From Botryllus schlosseri (taxonomy: Eukaryota), in the NCBI GenBank assembly GCA_051294905.1, contig CM119372.1, forward strand, positions 33,790,001 through 33,854,000: a stretch of DNA of 64,000 nucleotides, in the 5' to 3' direction. This document shows positions 24,019-39,545 of the stretch, one piece after another. Both the position numbers and the translations under genes were made by a program. The notes beneath the pieces are model-generated. The model was not told the DNA's origin. It saw only the letters and a program-made list of their open reading frames with translations, and did no database searches. Numbering within the stretch: the first letter of the stretch is position 1; the number at the start of each line of letters is the position of its first letter.

Positions 24019-27000
24019 TCCTAAGGCTCATAGAGTGGCTCTAACACTTTGCGCCCGACGAATAGAATGCGCCTCAGTAGTTCTATTGTCCGCGTGCTTG
24101 AACTATTGCTTTGAGTGTGCGAATGGCTGGTTTTATTTCGGTATGTGCCTTATCTAGGTCTTCACACTGTAACTGAAATCGAGAAATCTACCAATCTCCA
24201 ACCTTCCGTGTGGTGTATATAATGTCATCGGCACTTTCCGGTTTAAAATTCAGCTTTCATACCAGTTGGTGCAAATTAACTGAACGCGCCATTTGAGATA
24301 GGGATTTGAAGTGGATTCCGTTTTCATTTATCACTCAAGATCCATGGCACAAACATGTGGTACACCTTAACAGCACCACACCTCTGAGACATTATTACTC
24401 CATACGGATCGCTGTATTTGACTCGTTTTCAAACATTCGAAATGTTCTAAAAGAGGAATTTAGTGCCAATATGAGTCAAATGCTGGATTCGCACAAGTGC
24501 TATGCGGGGTCTGCGATAACGCTATGGTATAAATATGTTACATACACTTATTGCCACGCATGTATTTGAACTAAAACACGTTTCGACCATGACCTCTCAG
24601 AGTCAAGGTAAGTCACACCGGCGAACGATCTAGCATAGCAAAACCTTCCACTTGCCACTCTTGACCTGTATAAATGTTTATCTAACTCATCGTGAATCTC
24701 CTTGTCGGCATGTAAACCATGCCCATACCTTGCGAACGGATTATACGACCCAATATTTGTAACTTCTGCATCACAACGTCAGCAAATACCACGCATCATC
24801 TATTGCTGCAGCCAAATTACATGGGTTGGATCTACGCCCTGTCTGTCTAAGCGACAACGCGTGGCACACACCTCTCACTGAACCGACACTCAATTAGTTA
24901 AATTTCCGATTTACTTAATCTTCCTTGATTGTCTAGTTGACTCTTTCGTGTACTGTACTTCATTTCGAGGAGACGACACACCGCGCTGCAACGTATTCGA
25001 GATGATGCTTGAGTATCTCAGTAAACCACGAGCGCGTATCCTTGCACTGAAAGTGTGCCAATTCAATTTATCGTAACGACAGGAGAAACTACTGACGCCG
25101 AGAAACATGGCGATAAAACCAAATGCCTTTTATGAATTTATCAATTACACTCGCTGATGGACGCCGATTGTTGTAAAAGATAGCCTTATGTTTATGGTGA
25201 GAAGAGGGGCGATCTCAATGCATGCTATCATAATAGATATACTCCGGTGATTTTGCTCTGCATAAAGCTTGGTGTATTGGTTCTGTTGTCATGGAATTAT
25301 TGTCAGTAGTAGATCATCGCATTGAATGTACAACCGAATTTAGAGATTAATACATGTTCTGATGTATACAAACAAATACTACCACCATAACTGCGGAAAA
25401 ACGTTTCATTGATACGGATCGCGTCAGAAAGGGGTCAAGCGAGTTACTGAGATTGGAGTTGCCTGTGAGGCCAATATTGGACCAAAACAAAACAGACATC
25501 CCAGCTATCTCTGAAGTAATTTGGATGGAATACCGCAAGGTATTGAGAAGTTAGGCTCAGTGAATACATATTAAACGATTGCTATACATATCCAATTGTC
25601 ATACTATCCTCTAGTTGCCGGAAAAGATCATTGATCACTCTATCCATGGCCTACTAAAAACACGACCATGCCCTATCATGGTCAAAGTTTTTGTAAACTA
25701 TTGAGATGTGTACTATCGTGGCAGGATTTATCAACCACACGTTGCGGTCAGACCAGGTTGCGATTCGCGTCGAATATCAGACGCACAATTTGTACCGTTG
25801 GTTTTACAGAAGAATGCATCAAGCCAAATGCCATTCCCACGCTCGAACCAGGCGCGTAAGGAGCACTAGAATTCCAACCCGCAATTTGGAGTCTGATATC
25901 AATTGTAATCGACGCCTAAACCGTGCTTGCCATTCATTGGGCTTCGAGTGCTCTCGAGAACAACTTTGATCTGCGGCCGCTGCCAAAGCGCCATCATGGT
26001 GGGAGATTAAGATACATTTCGGGTGGTAGGAATGTCGAAGCTACATCCCGGAATGCGACGACTCCCGTTGATAAAACTCCGGCAAATGACCGCTACTATC
26101 TACGGTACTTGGAATATCATCCACAGCAGTCACTCCTGTACATTTCGGACCATCGATTCCGTTCTTCGCACTGACATACTCCGTCTATCACTTTACGCCT
26201 GATATGAAACTCGTGACTTCGCGCATGATAAGAAACACATTGAAATTTGTGTCAACGTGCGGAATAATGGCGGAATACTCAAGGTTATGTGCTGACGTTT
26301 GGATTGTAATTCAGCGGCATGAATTTGATACTTCTAACGAGTTGTAAATAAAGCAGTGATAAGTTGTGTGCTTCGTTTATAATACCAGACATATGGATAG
26401 CATTGATGCTGTCCGGGTACATTACTGTGCGCCTAACACGGGATTCTTGACTTCAAGTATGATAAACAACATAACGGAGTAATGTAAAGTATCAATGAGG
26501 TTGATACGAAGTCTTGATTGCAGTTCAAATAACGGAACGCTGTCAATCTGTTCAATTGCTATCCACATCCACTCTTTCTCCAATTGTAACTATAGTAATG
26601 TCGATAAGCAATGGTTATTATAAAACGAACGTAGTACATTGTCACGAGGGTACCTTCTCAAGCAAAACGTTCTTGAAAATCAAAGTGATTTTACGGCGGA
26701 CCGACGTAATCCCGTAATACTATCGGACGCAGTCGTTCTCGTTAAAATACAGCGGCTTAAATCGCGGGCGACCCAACCGCTAAGCCAAGTCGATGAGTGG
26801 TTTACATATAATTCGTATTAAGACCGCAATATTTCTCGTTTTCAACCGCATCTATAAATATGGATACAGCGCGTATGGCAGATGTGAGCGATTAGCTGAG
26901 ATTTTTCGCGGCCTCGCTGGCAATATTGTGGGTACGATACGGATTCATCGGAGTGGCATGGTAGAGTACAAATAAGCGCCCTTAAAATATTCCGGGATAA

Positions 27001-27554
27001 TTCATTTTAAAAGGATTCGAGTTTCATTGAAAAGAATGAAGTTGCAAATAAGCCGTAAGCGGCGGTGATTTTTGCGCTATGAAAAGCGAAGTGTCTACGG
27101 TCAGAATATATTCACGCGCCATTAGTCCGTATCATAAGCATTGATCTGCGATCGCTTTGAAGATTACGGTTACGACGAGCAAGTAGCCAATAGCCGTGTG
27201 CAATGGGTATGCAGCCATTCTTTTGCGTACGTAAGATGGGCAAGGGCATACGCTGAATTAAAATACAACTTTCGAAAAGTTTATGGTGTTGTTGTTTCTG
27301 TTTGTGGTATTCATGGTGTTTGTCGCCTACTATAGTCATTGGTCATTTACGCCAGGCTAATTTTTTTCATTTCCAGACCGTATCTTCCAACTTGTAGCAC
27401 GGCCCATTACTAGGCTTTTATAAGACATCGCTCGCACGGATGAGATGACGGGGAGGAGCCTATAAACCTCCAACACTTAGGTACGAATTCTGGAGTCGAC
27501 CGCACGCAAACCCGTAACCCATTGGTATTGTAGCTGTGGATTATACCACTACGC

Positions 27555-29110
27555 CTGTGGTTCCCAACCTGGAGGGTGCACCCTCCTTGGGGGGCGCGGG
27601 AGGCTCTCAGGGAGGCGCGAGATATAGACAAAGTCAGTATGAATTCTGACTAGACATATGTTTCACAACCATTCTGAGAAGACGATTGTTGAAGATGAAA
27701 CTTATTTCGTATGCAAGAATGCTCACCAAATTCAAACTCCAGCAGTCGCGCTCAATGGAGGATAGGCTGATTTCAACTTCATTTGAGCAAATTTTTGATA
27801 TTCTTTCAAGATTTAGAGCAATTCACACGTGTAAGTCATTCATTAATTCATAGCTTTGGCAGTAGCCTGAAGCTCGGTGCGGTGGATAGCTGTTGTTAAT
27901 AGCTGACGAACTGCACTGCCTAAGACAGACTTGGATGCAATATAGGTTGCCCGGTTTCGCCCTCAATTAGGCTACCCTAAATCAACAGAATCTAATTCAA
28001 TTCCAAAACTTATCAAATTTAGCATGGCAGTAGTACAGAACGACGCCATGCTCTATGTAGCCACTACCACCATTAGGATTAGTCTCAGTGCAACCTACCT
28101 TGAAATAAAATGATGTCCTGTTCAATGTTCTTTGCTATTTTCAAACAAGTTTAGGTAATTTGTCAGAAATGTTAAATACTCAACAACGGGAATGCGGATT
28201 TAAACTTGGCGTAAGACCTATCATATGTATACTATAAGACCAGGGATGGGCAACCTGCGGCTGTAGAAGGGAATTTGTGCGGCCGTCGACGCCTAATGCG
28301 AATTCACTCCCAAATGTTTTAGGAGATTTTAATTAATCTTGAAATTTTCTTCACGATCCGCGCAATTTTAACATAACTTCATTTTTCGATTTTGATATAG
28401 TTGTACCCTGCTCATTCTGAGCAGGAATCGGAATCTTGTGCTCTTCGCAAAAGAAATTTATTGATGGTACATTTAGGCGATTTCATTATATTTCCACTAC
28501 CGATACAATCGACAATCCTGATGGGGGTCAAGAAATTACAGCATGTAACAAAGTGACTAATAACAATTGACCCACTCGTAGAGGCATTATCATTTATAAC
28601 TTGCCCTAAATTTTCAAATGCACTCCCTCCATGAACCCTACCGGTGGATCTGATCACATGGGCGGAGAAAGGATAAATATTTGAAAGTAATATGTAATAC
28701 TGCTACTATTAATTACGGAATTCATTCGTGAATCTGAAAAGTTTTCGCGCTCGGCGCGATAATATGCAATTCCAGCAACTATTCATAATATTGCCACTCG
28801 TGATTTCGGCGCGTAAAAATAGACCGTTGTGAAAAGTAGAATAGTCCGGAGTTCACCGGGCATGGATATGGGGAGATTAACATACGTATTTTGCGTCCAG
28901 TTAGTTCATTACGGTGATGCCCAGGAATGCGACCTTGGGCTACATAAATAATCGAAATGTGGCCGTGATTCGTAAAGAGGTTTCCTACCTCTGTATTAGA
29001 TGATGTGTTCTTTCTGACATGACGATGGGTGTAGGGAGGGGGATCGGGGGGCGCAATTCTTTTGACCGTCACCAAGGGGGGCGCCTGTCCAAAAAGGTTG
29101 GGAACCGCTG
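27555..29110. mobile_element. Non-autonomous Buster/Charlie-like hAT element with nested relics
   Basis: Ends CTGTGGTTCCCAACC / GGTTGGGAACCGCTG, perfect TSD CACTACGC. Contains another hAT left end near 28243 and a segment (~28780-28995) homologous to 46060-46269. Confidence 0.92.
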
Positions 29111-32100
29111 CACTACGCAATCTCGCCAAATGTCGAAGAGTACGAGTGCTCGAATCGTGGTCCCAGCCCCATAATTATCCCCGTTAATTGCTGTGCATGT
29201 GCAATCGTGCAGTGTGCATTATACTGTACAATTACAGACATCCTACAATAGACAGAGATGGGACTGATCAGAGTGTGAGCGCATTTGATTTGCAGACGTC
29301 TTGCAATCATGCTCATCATCAAAGCTTGCTTATCGCTTGTCTCCGATATGCATTTAGGTGACTGTCGTTCGATCTTGAACAGCAAACCGGCTACTCCCTT
29401 GCCCCATGCTCTTATAGATCATATCAATCATACTTAATTGTAGAGTGATGAATCAAACGAGTTTATCTCGGCGAAAGCATCACACGTGATATACGCACTC
29501 AAACAACTTCTGATTGCACCACAATTCCACGCGATACTATATGCTAAGACATAACGTGAACGAAAACTTGAATACAATCACGTTTACGAATGTGACGGTG
29601 TCCGCTTTATCGTTCCCAGTGTTGACCGTGTGCACTGTGCAGCTCAATTAGCATGTCACTTTCCGACGTGGTGCTTGCGAAAATTACGCATCATGAGTTA
29701 CAATTAGTCACACCAATCCATATTTATGACAGCGTATATTTCAAGCATGGGGGCAGCAGACATCAGCATTTATTTCTCCGCTACTAGGTGCATATATGGA
29801 AAAGATTGGTTGTCACGAATACATCGCTAAGAGCACACAACAAACCGGACATACTATAGTTGAACTATACATGTATTGCAATGTACAACTGTACGGACAT
29901 GTACAATGTACATTACGACTCGATAAAAGATCAAATTATATTGCGGACATGAATTGATGTCGGGATAGGTTTATATCTTCTAATCATGTTAAAAATATAA
30001 TATTTTACTATCAAAATATAGGAATAGAGCCTAATCTTCCATATTCTTCAGTCCACCTTCACCCATTTCAAACTAGCGTGATTAAACTCAATTGCGTACT
30101 TCCAACACATAGGCTCTCTGGTAATTGCAACGCCCTGAATCTCATTTAGAAAAGGTAACGGTGATAACGATCCGCATCAACAGCATTCGATATCGTAATA
30201 TACAAAATACACATACTAATAATGTACACCTGGAGGTTAATCGCACAACGCGCACAAAATATTATAAGGTTATTTTATAAATTTACATATTTGGCGATAC
30301 GATTGTTGACGTACAATCTTCTACCCATTTCTCTACTAGTAACTGACAATTACCCCAGACGAGTGTCAGCCGAAAATGTATTCGAGTTTATTGCCATATG
30401 AATATGTTATTCAATTCAATGAATTTTGTTTAATATGTTTATCTGGGAAGTCAGCATATATGCATATTGCATATGTTAATGATTTTATTTAAATGTGTCC
30501 CTTCTCTGATGTCCGATTGGCATTACATGTAGCTCAAAATTACAAGACTATAAGCTAAATTTGAAAGTCAATTCGCGGGTCCCGAACTAGCCGGAGGTGA
30601 TACTTATTCGCGGGTCGCATTTGGCCCGACGGCGGCAGGCTGCACAGTGCACACGCCTGATATATTATTCATAAACTGGAAATGTAGAATGGCATGCATT
30701 CTTGGTTCGTATATGCCTAATGAAGCATTAACCCTTATCGAAATCAAGAGATCATTGTCTTTCTGATATTATTTGCACCGCACACTCAAATGCCTGTCAT
30801 AACTTCAGAGGATACGCGACCCATCGACACAACCACTTGTATATAGTTTATAAGCATGAGTAGACAAATATTTACTCAATATAACCTGGAATGTTGTTGA
30901 CATTCGGTATTCTCAAGAGTATCTTTTATTTATAGCATGTATTTGACTAAAGCACGGGAATATATTTCTCTTGGGGCTGATTCACGGGACTTCAGTAGGT
31001 ACTGCGGCATGTGTGTGGAAGCGAAAGGGTCGCATATAGCAGATGGGCTCTTTATTGTCGGATAAATGAGCCAAAATGAGAGAATGATTGTAGGTAATTC
31101 TCGCCGGCTTCGAATCATGCTATCTGTGCAAACTTACGCTGGTTCCGCTAATTATTTCATGGCGTTGTGCTGTGGAAACCTCCAAAACACAAGAATTATG
31201 AGTGTAGTACGGGGTGAGGCGATGATTCTATGACACAAATCTTCTGATTTTTGCGAGTGTCCATTTTATACAGTCGACAATGTCGCTACACCGATGCATA
31301 AAATAGGTATAGCCTACTCGGCATATTGAATACGGCAGATTTGATCGGGAAACAGGCTTATCGTATCAAATACTATCCCGATTCCTCTTAATACTTTCGC
31401 GGCGTAGCAAAATTTTGTACAAGCAATCGATATTGTGAAATATTTCCGGGTGACAAAATTAGCACTCTTCGAACTATGTATGAATGATTTCAGCTTAGGA
31501 GAAACAAATGCTGGTCGAATATGGTTGCCAAATATACATCCTTACAACGGTAATCAAATGTCGAGCAGTGGCGTTCGGTTCGGTATGTAGCAAAATCTAA
31601 GTTTTACTTGTCACGATTACTCACACCGTTTTTTTTTATGTTTAGACAAATTAATTGTTGTTGATGCATTTTGGTCATTTAGACATTTTATCAAAAGTGA
31701 ATTGGATTTTTGTTGTTCGAATGATCATAATACCACCGTTGAAGTTTCACCGACATGCGTATGGTATACTGTCAACGGTTGCAATCACCCAACTTTTATA
31801 CTAGAAACAGCTATCGTACGCGACTTTGCTCAAAGCTTAACACTCGACTGGGAATAGAATTACTCAGGTATTTGATTTGCCCAGGCATACTTAAAACAAG
31901 TAAGTGATGATTCGAATCAATGTCGAATCGTTTCTTCGAATTGCCCATTCGCAGTTGGAAATTCATCAAAAGAAATGGATGCTCGCAAAGCATGACATAA
32001 TGGGAAGCAAAGCAGATGTCGTAACAAAAATAACGACGAGTGATATATTTTGGATTAACTACAAAACGGCATGTCATGGTTGTTGTTTGCACGCAGAAGT

Positions 32101-32714
32101 ATGCTATTTTTCAGGGACACTGTTCCGCACAAATTTCTTTGTAGGTGCATAACACATACGATGCCTGACTTATCCGTAATCTCTGTTCGTAATATTTATG
32201 GTTTGGGATGTATGGGTGAATATTCGAGTTCTTAATAGCAACCAACATCAACTTACACTGGTGTAAATGTGGGCGTACTCGAATATTCATCCTGGAAGCC
32301 TTGAAGAATTTATTAGTCGAATTACATCATCCAAAACATGTAGTGTAAAGGTACGCACGATAGCGGAACTTGTGAAGTCGTGATTAACCCACAGCATTTC
32401 TACATGAAATAGGTACAGTCGAAAAACTATCAAATTATGCGGTGTTGAATGGACATTATATTGTTTAAGGTCGTATAAAAGGTACATATTTAAACTTTCA
32501 ACATCATCCCTATTCTTATGACTCGAATACTCAGCTCTACGCCTAATGCTCGATTCGGAAACTAATCCCTCCCTAGACATAACTAAGATAAGATTATATG
32601 ACAGGAAGTGAGATTTGAATCGGGAAGGAATGGCTTAGCTAAATCTGGAAAGTGCAGGCAAAATTCTGGCCTTTCAAACAACACGTTATTCAGACGTGAT
32701 ATCCAAAAGAAATA

Positions 32715-33150
32715 TGGGGTCGGAGTCCTGGAGTCCGGATCGGAGATTTTTTATATTTTCTAGAGATGGACTCGAAGTCACATAAATTTTGTATCACCCT
32801 TTGAAGTCGGAGTTGGTGCAAAACATACAGGCAGGAGTATGATTCGGAGTTTGTTAATATGCTCTGACTCCGACTCCAAATAGGCATCCTGTAAAATCGA
32901 ACCAAATGTTCCCGAAAATTAGTAAGAAGTGCCGTTGCTGTTACAGAAGTTACCAAGTTTTTCACATGAGCGACAGTCAAATACGAAACTTATTTCCGTG
33001 GACACACTAAAATTGCAATAAACGTATTATTTTTTCAGTAGATAAACAGAAAAGTTAGAATCGGACTTGGAGTCGTAGCCGAATTTTTGCGAAGAAAATA
33101 TTAGGTGTCGGAGTCGGAGTCTGTGGTAAAATGAGCCGACTCCACTGTCC
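32715..33150. mobile_element. Decayed MITE built from GGAGTC / GACTCC motifs
   Basis: Many GGAGTC(GGAGT) and GACTCC motifs in inverted arrangement. Termini degenerate, no TSD verified. Confidence 0.6.
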
Positions 33151-35140
33151 TCGTGATATCGCAAATAGATAAGGGTTGATTGCTTCATCAATGTAATCGA
33201 TTGCGATTACGACTGCTGTATCCGTCGTAATCGATTACGATTACCATGATCCCCTGAGTTTCCAATATTCACACGCCAACTGATCTGAGATGAGCCGATG
33301 AGCTTAGATTTGAAGGATCGGATTTAAGGGTTTGAAGATATTATGACTGTTTTCATTGTACGAATATTTCTAAAATGGATTTTGATATGAACGAGAAATC
33401 TATGAAAGATTTGGAATATTCCCGCCACGTTGGAATGATTTTTTTCAATAATAGGTCATTTGGAAAACAGGGATTTTAGTGCAATACGGATTGTACTACG
33501 TCTTTGGATCTGAACTTTTATTTCAAACTCAACTTCAGTATCGGATTAGGATTTGAAGGTCTAAAATTAGCTTTGCAAATGATGCAATATAGTCCTTGTC
33601 CCGATCTCCAAGAAAATATATGTACAGTATGTGGCGATTCATTTACCCGGACTTACAATCGTAGTTACAACTTTATAACTTCTACAGCTCTACAGCGAAA
33701 TAACAGTACATGAGGGTCGAACGCATGTGACTCAATTATATCCACAAAAAGGAGTTTGACTCCCCGAGATTTTGAAGCGTGTCAACGCAGTTACTGCACA
33801 GGTGTGCGTTTTACCAATTTCGGCAAGCCACTCTTGATCTACGAATCTGTCAGAAATGTTTTCTCGCATTCGAACCACCTTTCGTCTGGATTCAGAGTAT
33901 GTGATGTTTTAAGGCGTGTTCATTTGTTGCTGTCCTAACTAGGTAACGGTAATGAGTCGTGACTTTACATGAATCATGCAAAAAGCGGTTGCCAACATCT
34001 TATCATTTACGAGAAAAGCTTGTGGGCTACGGCATGTAATCGACAGAGCCTGACATGTTCGTAAGAACAGTAACATTTGACGCAGTGATGGACAGCTAAC
34101 TGTTGAATGATTGTTAGGGTTGCGGTTACGCTATGTCAGAAGATAGCCTTTAAACTCTGGGAATCATTGCATCTGTAAGGATGATATTACCACATCCGAG
34201 ATTACAACGCAGTCAGTGAGTCTCGTGACTACGCCGTGCAGACTTGTCCGCTAATGAGTCATTAATCCGCGAAAGATAACTTGCAATTATTATCAATTGA
34301 AGTGGATCGTTCTACTGTGCAATAAAACAGTATAGTCACCATGTTACATAACGGGTATCGATTTAACTCAGGCAAATAGCTGCACTGTGCGCAATTGCAC
34401 GCGTATAGCGTCAGTGGAGATCGTGAAATCGCGATACCCGTGTGTGGCGGTGTTACAACAAAGAAAACATATCTCTACAAATACCCCCATAATTTGAATG
34501 GGTGATGAGCTGATTTGAATCATATCTGATCACGGCAGCGATAAAGGATTTCGGAATGACGCACTCAATCGAAATGCCGTACTTGTCATACCATGTCAAC
34601 TCCTCAATGGCATCTACGTTGACACTGCAAGCAGTCTACTTAACGAAATTCCCGAAAGAACGAACTATTTGGGAATCCCGACAAATAGCGCAAACAACAT
34701 TTGCAAAATTGATTTCCTTATGCGATTATCTTGTCCAGTATCAGGACGGTATTACTGTAGATGTTCTTGTCGAATTTCACCAATTTAATTCGTGAACACC
34801 TGTAAAATTTATTCGCCGCGTATACGACAAGCGATTCTTTGAACAGATGCCGCTGACAGTAAAGATCAACACACAATTTCCCACACAGATTTACTGCGTA
34901 AACTCATAAGTGACGACGACGATAGTAGGCCCACTTGACCCATGATGAGATACTGCATGATGAGATCGGCGTATACATGATTCGTTGTTGGACGGAAAAG
35001 TTGATGCGTTGCTGGGATTTGACAGCATGCACTATTGTGTTGGCATCACTTTACCACAACGATCGTTTTGTTTTGTAGATGATATCTGCACGGACATAAC
35101 ATGTTATTTCATTTAACTCATTGCCCAAACGCACTATCAT

Positions 35141-35650
35141 TAGGGCTGGGCAAAATCGAGTACCTTGGTGATTCGATTCTGAATCACGTATTTTGCTTCG
35201 AGTCGAGTATTCGAGTATCACTCAGTATGACTTCATAACATAATTGAATATGTCAAGGTTTAAATATGCATCTTTTATGCCACCACAAAGACTACAATAT
35301 GCCTGTTAACCATCACATTAAAGATACTTTGGTGTTTTTCGTCCATATCGATTTCATTGCACTTTGGGACAATGTTGTCAGATGATCAGGACTTGGAAAT
35401 GTGTTATTTCCGGTAACGTTCGTAGCACTATATGTTTCGTATGCTGCGATACGGCTAATCAAGGTTTCAAGGCCTCCGCGATGAAAAATGTTATCGAAAC
35501 TACAATTCTCGTTGATACGTTAACTTTCAGTATAGCGAGGTGCGCATAATTTCAGTACTCGAAAAAAATCGTCTTTTACTACTCGACTCGAATCATTAAA
35601 ATTAGTACTCGACACAGATTCGAGTACTCGAATCATTGTGCCCAGCCCTA
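35141..35650. mobile_element. hAT MITE, 'TAGGGCTGGGCA' family
   Basis: TIR TAGGGCTGGGCA / TGCCCAGCCCTA, perfect TSD ACTATCAT, GAGTA/TACTC motifs. Confidence 0.95.
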
Positions 35651-37079
35651 ACTATCATACACACATTTTAAAGACTCTGTCAAATGCATGCATGCTAATG
35701 CGAACTGAGAAATTGCCCTTACAAATTTGACTGTCACTTATAGTTGTAATTGCTAGGTCATACAGCTTCATTATTGAACATACTTGCGATATGCTAATCC
35801 AATAAAATTGTGCATTCATGATAAAATCATATTCCTTGTGTTGTCCACAACCTACAGATAAAAATTCGTAGTGTCATAATTTCCCAATTCCATCATGTCT
35901 TGGAATATATGCGTTCCCCTTCTAATTCCAGTATCGTAACGGCATTCGGGTCTGGGTACATTGCATTTCGAGATAATATTCCAGCTGTTTTAACAATACC
36001 CGATAATTATGTCTCATATTGGGGGCTTCAAGTTCAGGGCGTAGGTCTGGTTACTGTAAACAGCGGATGATCCATCATACTTCTGTGCAATCTATAAGCA
36101 CGCTTGTTTTCCCATCAACTTCACCAAGACTATAGTGACGTGTTCGATTGAGCAGTCGTGTAGTTGGTACATATGTAGTAAATTGGTGGCAGTTGCTATT
36201 AATTTTCTGTACGTTCATTGTAAACATACGACCTGCGCGTGCCAGATGTGTCTCGCGATCCAATGCTAATTGAATGGAAAACGATTGTTTTATCCATCAG
36301 ATTTTGATTAAAAGTTGATATTTGCAACTTCCAAGTGTATCAGGTGTATCAGCAAATGCCAAACTTATTATAAATATGCCATTTGCCCTGGACCCCAGTA
36401 GCACATTAATAACGGATCTGTGACATCGATACCAAATTTCGAGAGGACGATAAGTGCACACTGCACATAGAATACTACATAGTTTTCAGTGCGAGATGGA
36501 CCGAAACTACAGCAATTCACATATACCAAAACTCCGGGTCTAAACTGTGGTTCGAACGTTTTAGTACTCAAAGAATAGAATGCTTCTGAAAAATATAATA
36601 TAAATACCAAATGTAAACATATTTCGTCGCGCTGTTAAATAAATTCTGTCTTAATGGGACTTACGTAGGGTTGCATTTAGAACAATATTCAATTTAAAAA
36701 CAAAAATGTTTAAAAAATGTTCTTATTATTCGTTTTTCTAGCCATGACTTCACGCCGTCACGTCGTGACGTCAAATTGGATTGACATTGATAATTGAAAA
36801 TACAGGGTAAATATGTCTCCTGTGGTTTGTAACTGCGTTTTCAACGGGACTATCATTGTATTTTGCTCAATTTGATTGCAGTCTAATGAAGGTATTGGGA
36901 GAGTACAGCAAAGCTATGGATTTATATAGTGGAAATATTTGACTGGATTTAACATGTCTGGCCCGCAACGAATAAAAAGGTATGAATCGGAATGACGTAA
37001 ATGCAACCTTGAGTGCATGTAGAAGTAGCAAATTCCAAGGAAATAAAAGGTATTACAGGCCTAGTTTTGAAAACAATTA

Positions 37080-37163
37080 ACATGACTCGACATCACTCGA
37101 TTTAAAACCATAAAAGTAAGGTAAACTCATGACTCAGAACCTTGATACTTGGTTACAACCCTG
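37080..37163. mobile_element. Truncated end of 'GACTCGAGTC' MITE family
   Basis: Ends ...CTTGGTTACAACCCTG like the other copies; the rest is missing. Confidence 0.7.
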
Positions 37164-37944
37164 CATTTTCATGCGGCCGAAAAAATACAGATTCAAACTT
37201 TCCAACTGCTATGACGTCATAAATGCTGGCGTTCGAATACTGGGCTCTGCGCGTAGTATTAGGATATATGGACAATGGACATGTGGGGTGATTGCAGGAT
37301 TTGGATTTGATTTTGATGATATTAATTTCTGGAATTGCGGGAATGAGCGGTTGAATGGATCGTCAATTGTGGCATTTCCTCAGCCTTTCCCGCACGTAAT
37401 CCCGCGGAAATAATAATCCTCATGATCACGGTCGGATTATCATTACACATTGACGCGTACCTTTCGAATCTGTTATAACAAGCGTTCCCTACAATTGAAA
37501 TGCCATCGCAGGTAGAGTGACTGCGACAGAGAAGTACTTCCGAAATACCCTTTGCGTCATGTCTCGACTTGAAGCTGTCTCGAGTTATTCAGGGAGATAT
37601 ACCGGTGGACGGTGATGAAATATTTTCTGTATTTATAAATGTGTACAGGTCATGGGAACTGGGTACAGTGCGTTTCAATCGTAACCTTTTCTGCCAAATC
37701 TGCGCGTGGCCGTGTTTGAACAGAAAAAGACAAGCGTGCGCATCGACCATTCGCAGTGATCTGTATATTCGTTCCACATGAGCTACTGTGGCCTAATTGT
37801 TTGTGGGATGTGTTCCTATCTTGAACGTTGAGTGTCAGTAACCACCTATGTCAGTGGTTCCTTACCTTTTTGGATGTTGGAGCCGCATTTCAAATTTCAG
37901 AGTATACGTATGGATCCGCATGAACACTGGAGTAGGCTACTTAT

Positions 37945-38907
37945 TAGGATGGTGTGAACGTGAGGTTAACGTTCGCGTTCTGTGCGTTAACCTCGGAAAT
38001 TTAGAGGTTCACGTTCGCAAACGAACCTTGGTAGGTTCTGTACTGTGAACCTTTTTCATATATTACAATTTCACGAAATTATAACATCTTTGTTGAAATT
38101 TCTTGCATTTCAATTCCAAACCACTCTATGCACGGCGCTGACAGCATAAAAAATCGACAATAAACGAGCATGCACCTTGCCAATCACAAAAATGTTACCA
38201 GCTTCGTTACAAAAGTTTGCTCGAAATATCTAGCATTCTGTTTGTGAATATTTATTGACCCGCAATCACACAACATCAAAAACGAAATACGCTACATGCA
38301 GGTAGTCAGCGAATTATGCTTATTCAACAAACCAATGAAATTGATATCGTTGTCTGATGTATGAAATCAAGCAAGCGTACTGGGTCCATCTCGATTTCAT
38401 ATGTTTATTGTATCATAAAAAACATGCAAATCCGTGTGATTGAGTTGTTGGCTACTGATTTATAACTTGTTAATGGGGTAAAACCCATACCACACTCTGC
38501 TCAATATCAACGTAGCAAGACTCAGACGTCGAATAAATTGTCCAGTCTGGCCTAGGTCGTTAAGGCGTAAGCTTATATTCCCTTGCAAGTCATCGTTGAA
38601 ATTGTTGGCAAAGCGACGGAAGGTATTAATTTTATCGGATTATTATATCATTAAAACGCCAGTATGTACTTTAGCTTTGTGACATTACGTGGCCCGAGTC
38701 GTCGCTAGGTATCGTGTACTGTACATGTACAATTGTACAATTGTACAATTGTACAATGTACATATCACGTCACTGAAATGTAGGTTTGGAATTAGCAAAA
38801 TGACGTCACGCGACGTCATGAGGTTCACGCTCGCGTTCACAAAAAACCTTTCAAAAAGGTTCGCTTTCACACGAACCTGAACCTTTCAGAGGTTCACACC
38901 ATCCCTA
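37945..38907. mobile_element. hAT MITE, 'TAGGGATGG/GTGAAC' family, copy 1
   Basis: Ends TAGGATGGTGTGAAC / GTTCACACCATCCCTA, perfect TSD CTACTTAT, GTTCAC/GTGAAC motifs, internal (TGTACAAT)n tract. Confidence 0.93.
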
Positions 38908-39545
38908 CTACTTATAACGAAAATTGAACGGTAGCTAACCTGTCTCCGGAGATCACTCATCCAGCTAATTCGAAAGCACGCATATAGACTTCTATAGATT
39001 CTATACCAGTTATTTTAGCGTTGATAGACGCAGATTGGCGAGTGCTGTACATTGAAATAAACTGCAAATACATAGCAATATTACAACATACTATAATGTC
39101 GTTATGTGATAGCTCTTCACTCATTTGAGCACTTAACGCACAAATTTGAGGAGGATTATGCGCTGAGTAATATTGGACTTATTGCAATTTATACTTGGCT
39201 ATGGGCCGTTATTTTGATGTTGGTAAAATTGTTAGTAAAATTTACTCTTCACGGAGACGATATAAAGGTCTATGACCAGCAGAACTCACGATATATCCTT
39301 TTCTGTCGGTCGGGCATCCATCCATGCATTTGACGCCAGTCAGCAGGAATTTTCTTTCCCAGTTTTCAGAAGCGGTCTTGGACGGCTTTAGAAATAACCA
39401 ATAACCCGCATTTTACCATTCAAGTACAAAAATTGACTATAACTATTCATAGAAACAAACAACAACAACAACAACAACTGTCATCTATTATATTTTTGCG
39501 GCATATTTCAAGGTCAATCAGAGCCGGAATACGGCTACTTTGAGG

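Noticed and set aside
24575-24612. Minus-strand CTGAGAGG-TCATGGT-CGAAACGTG, similar to a Penelope-type hammerhead
   Set aside because: The core lacks a nucleotide, there is no convincing stem I, and no second copy exists in the window.
25668-25859. THAP-like ending (ICTVGF...IKPNAIPTL)
   Set aside because: The conserved N-terminal Cys pair, Trp and the CxxHF motif are absent.
36368-36586. Open minus-strand frame after a strong acceptor (tatttttcag|AAGC)
   Set aside because: No recognisable domain, no clear donor, and no link to the LRR exons.
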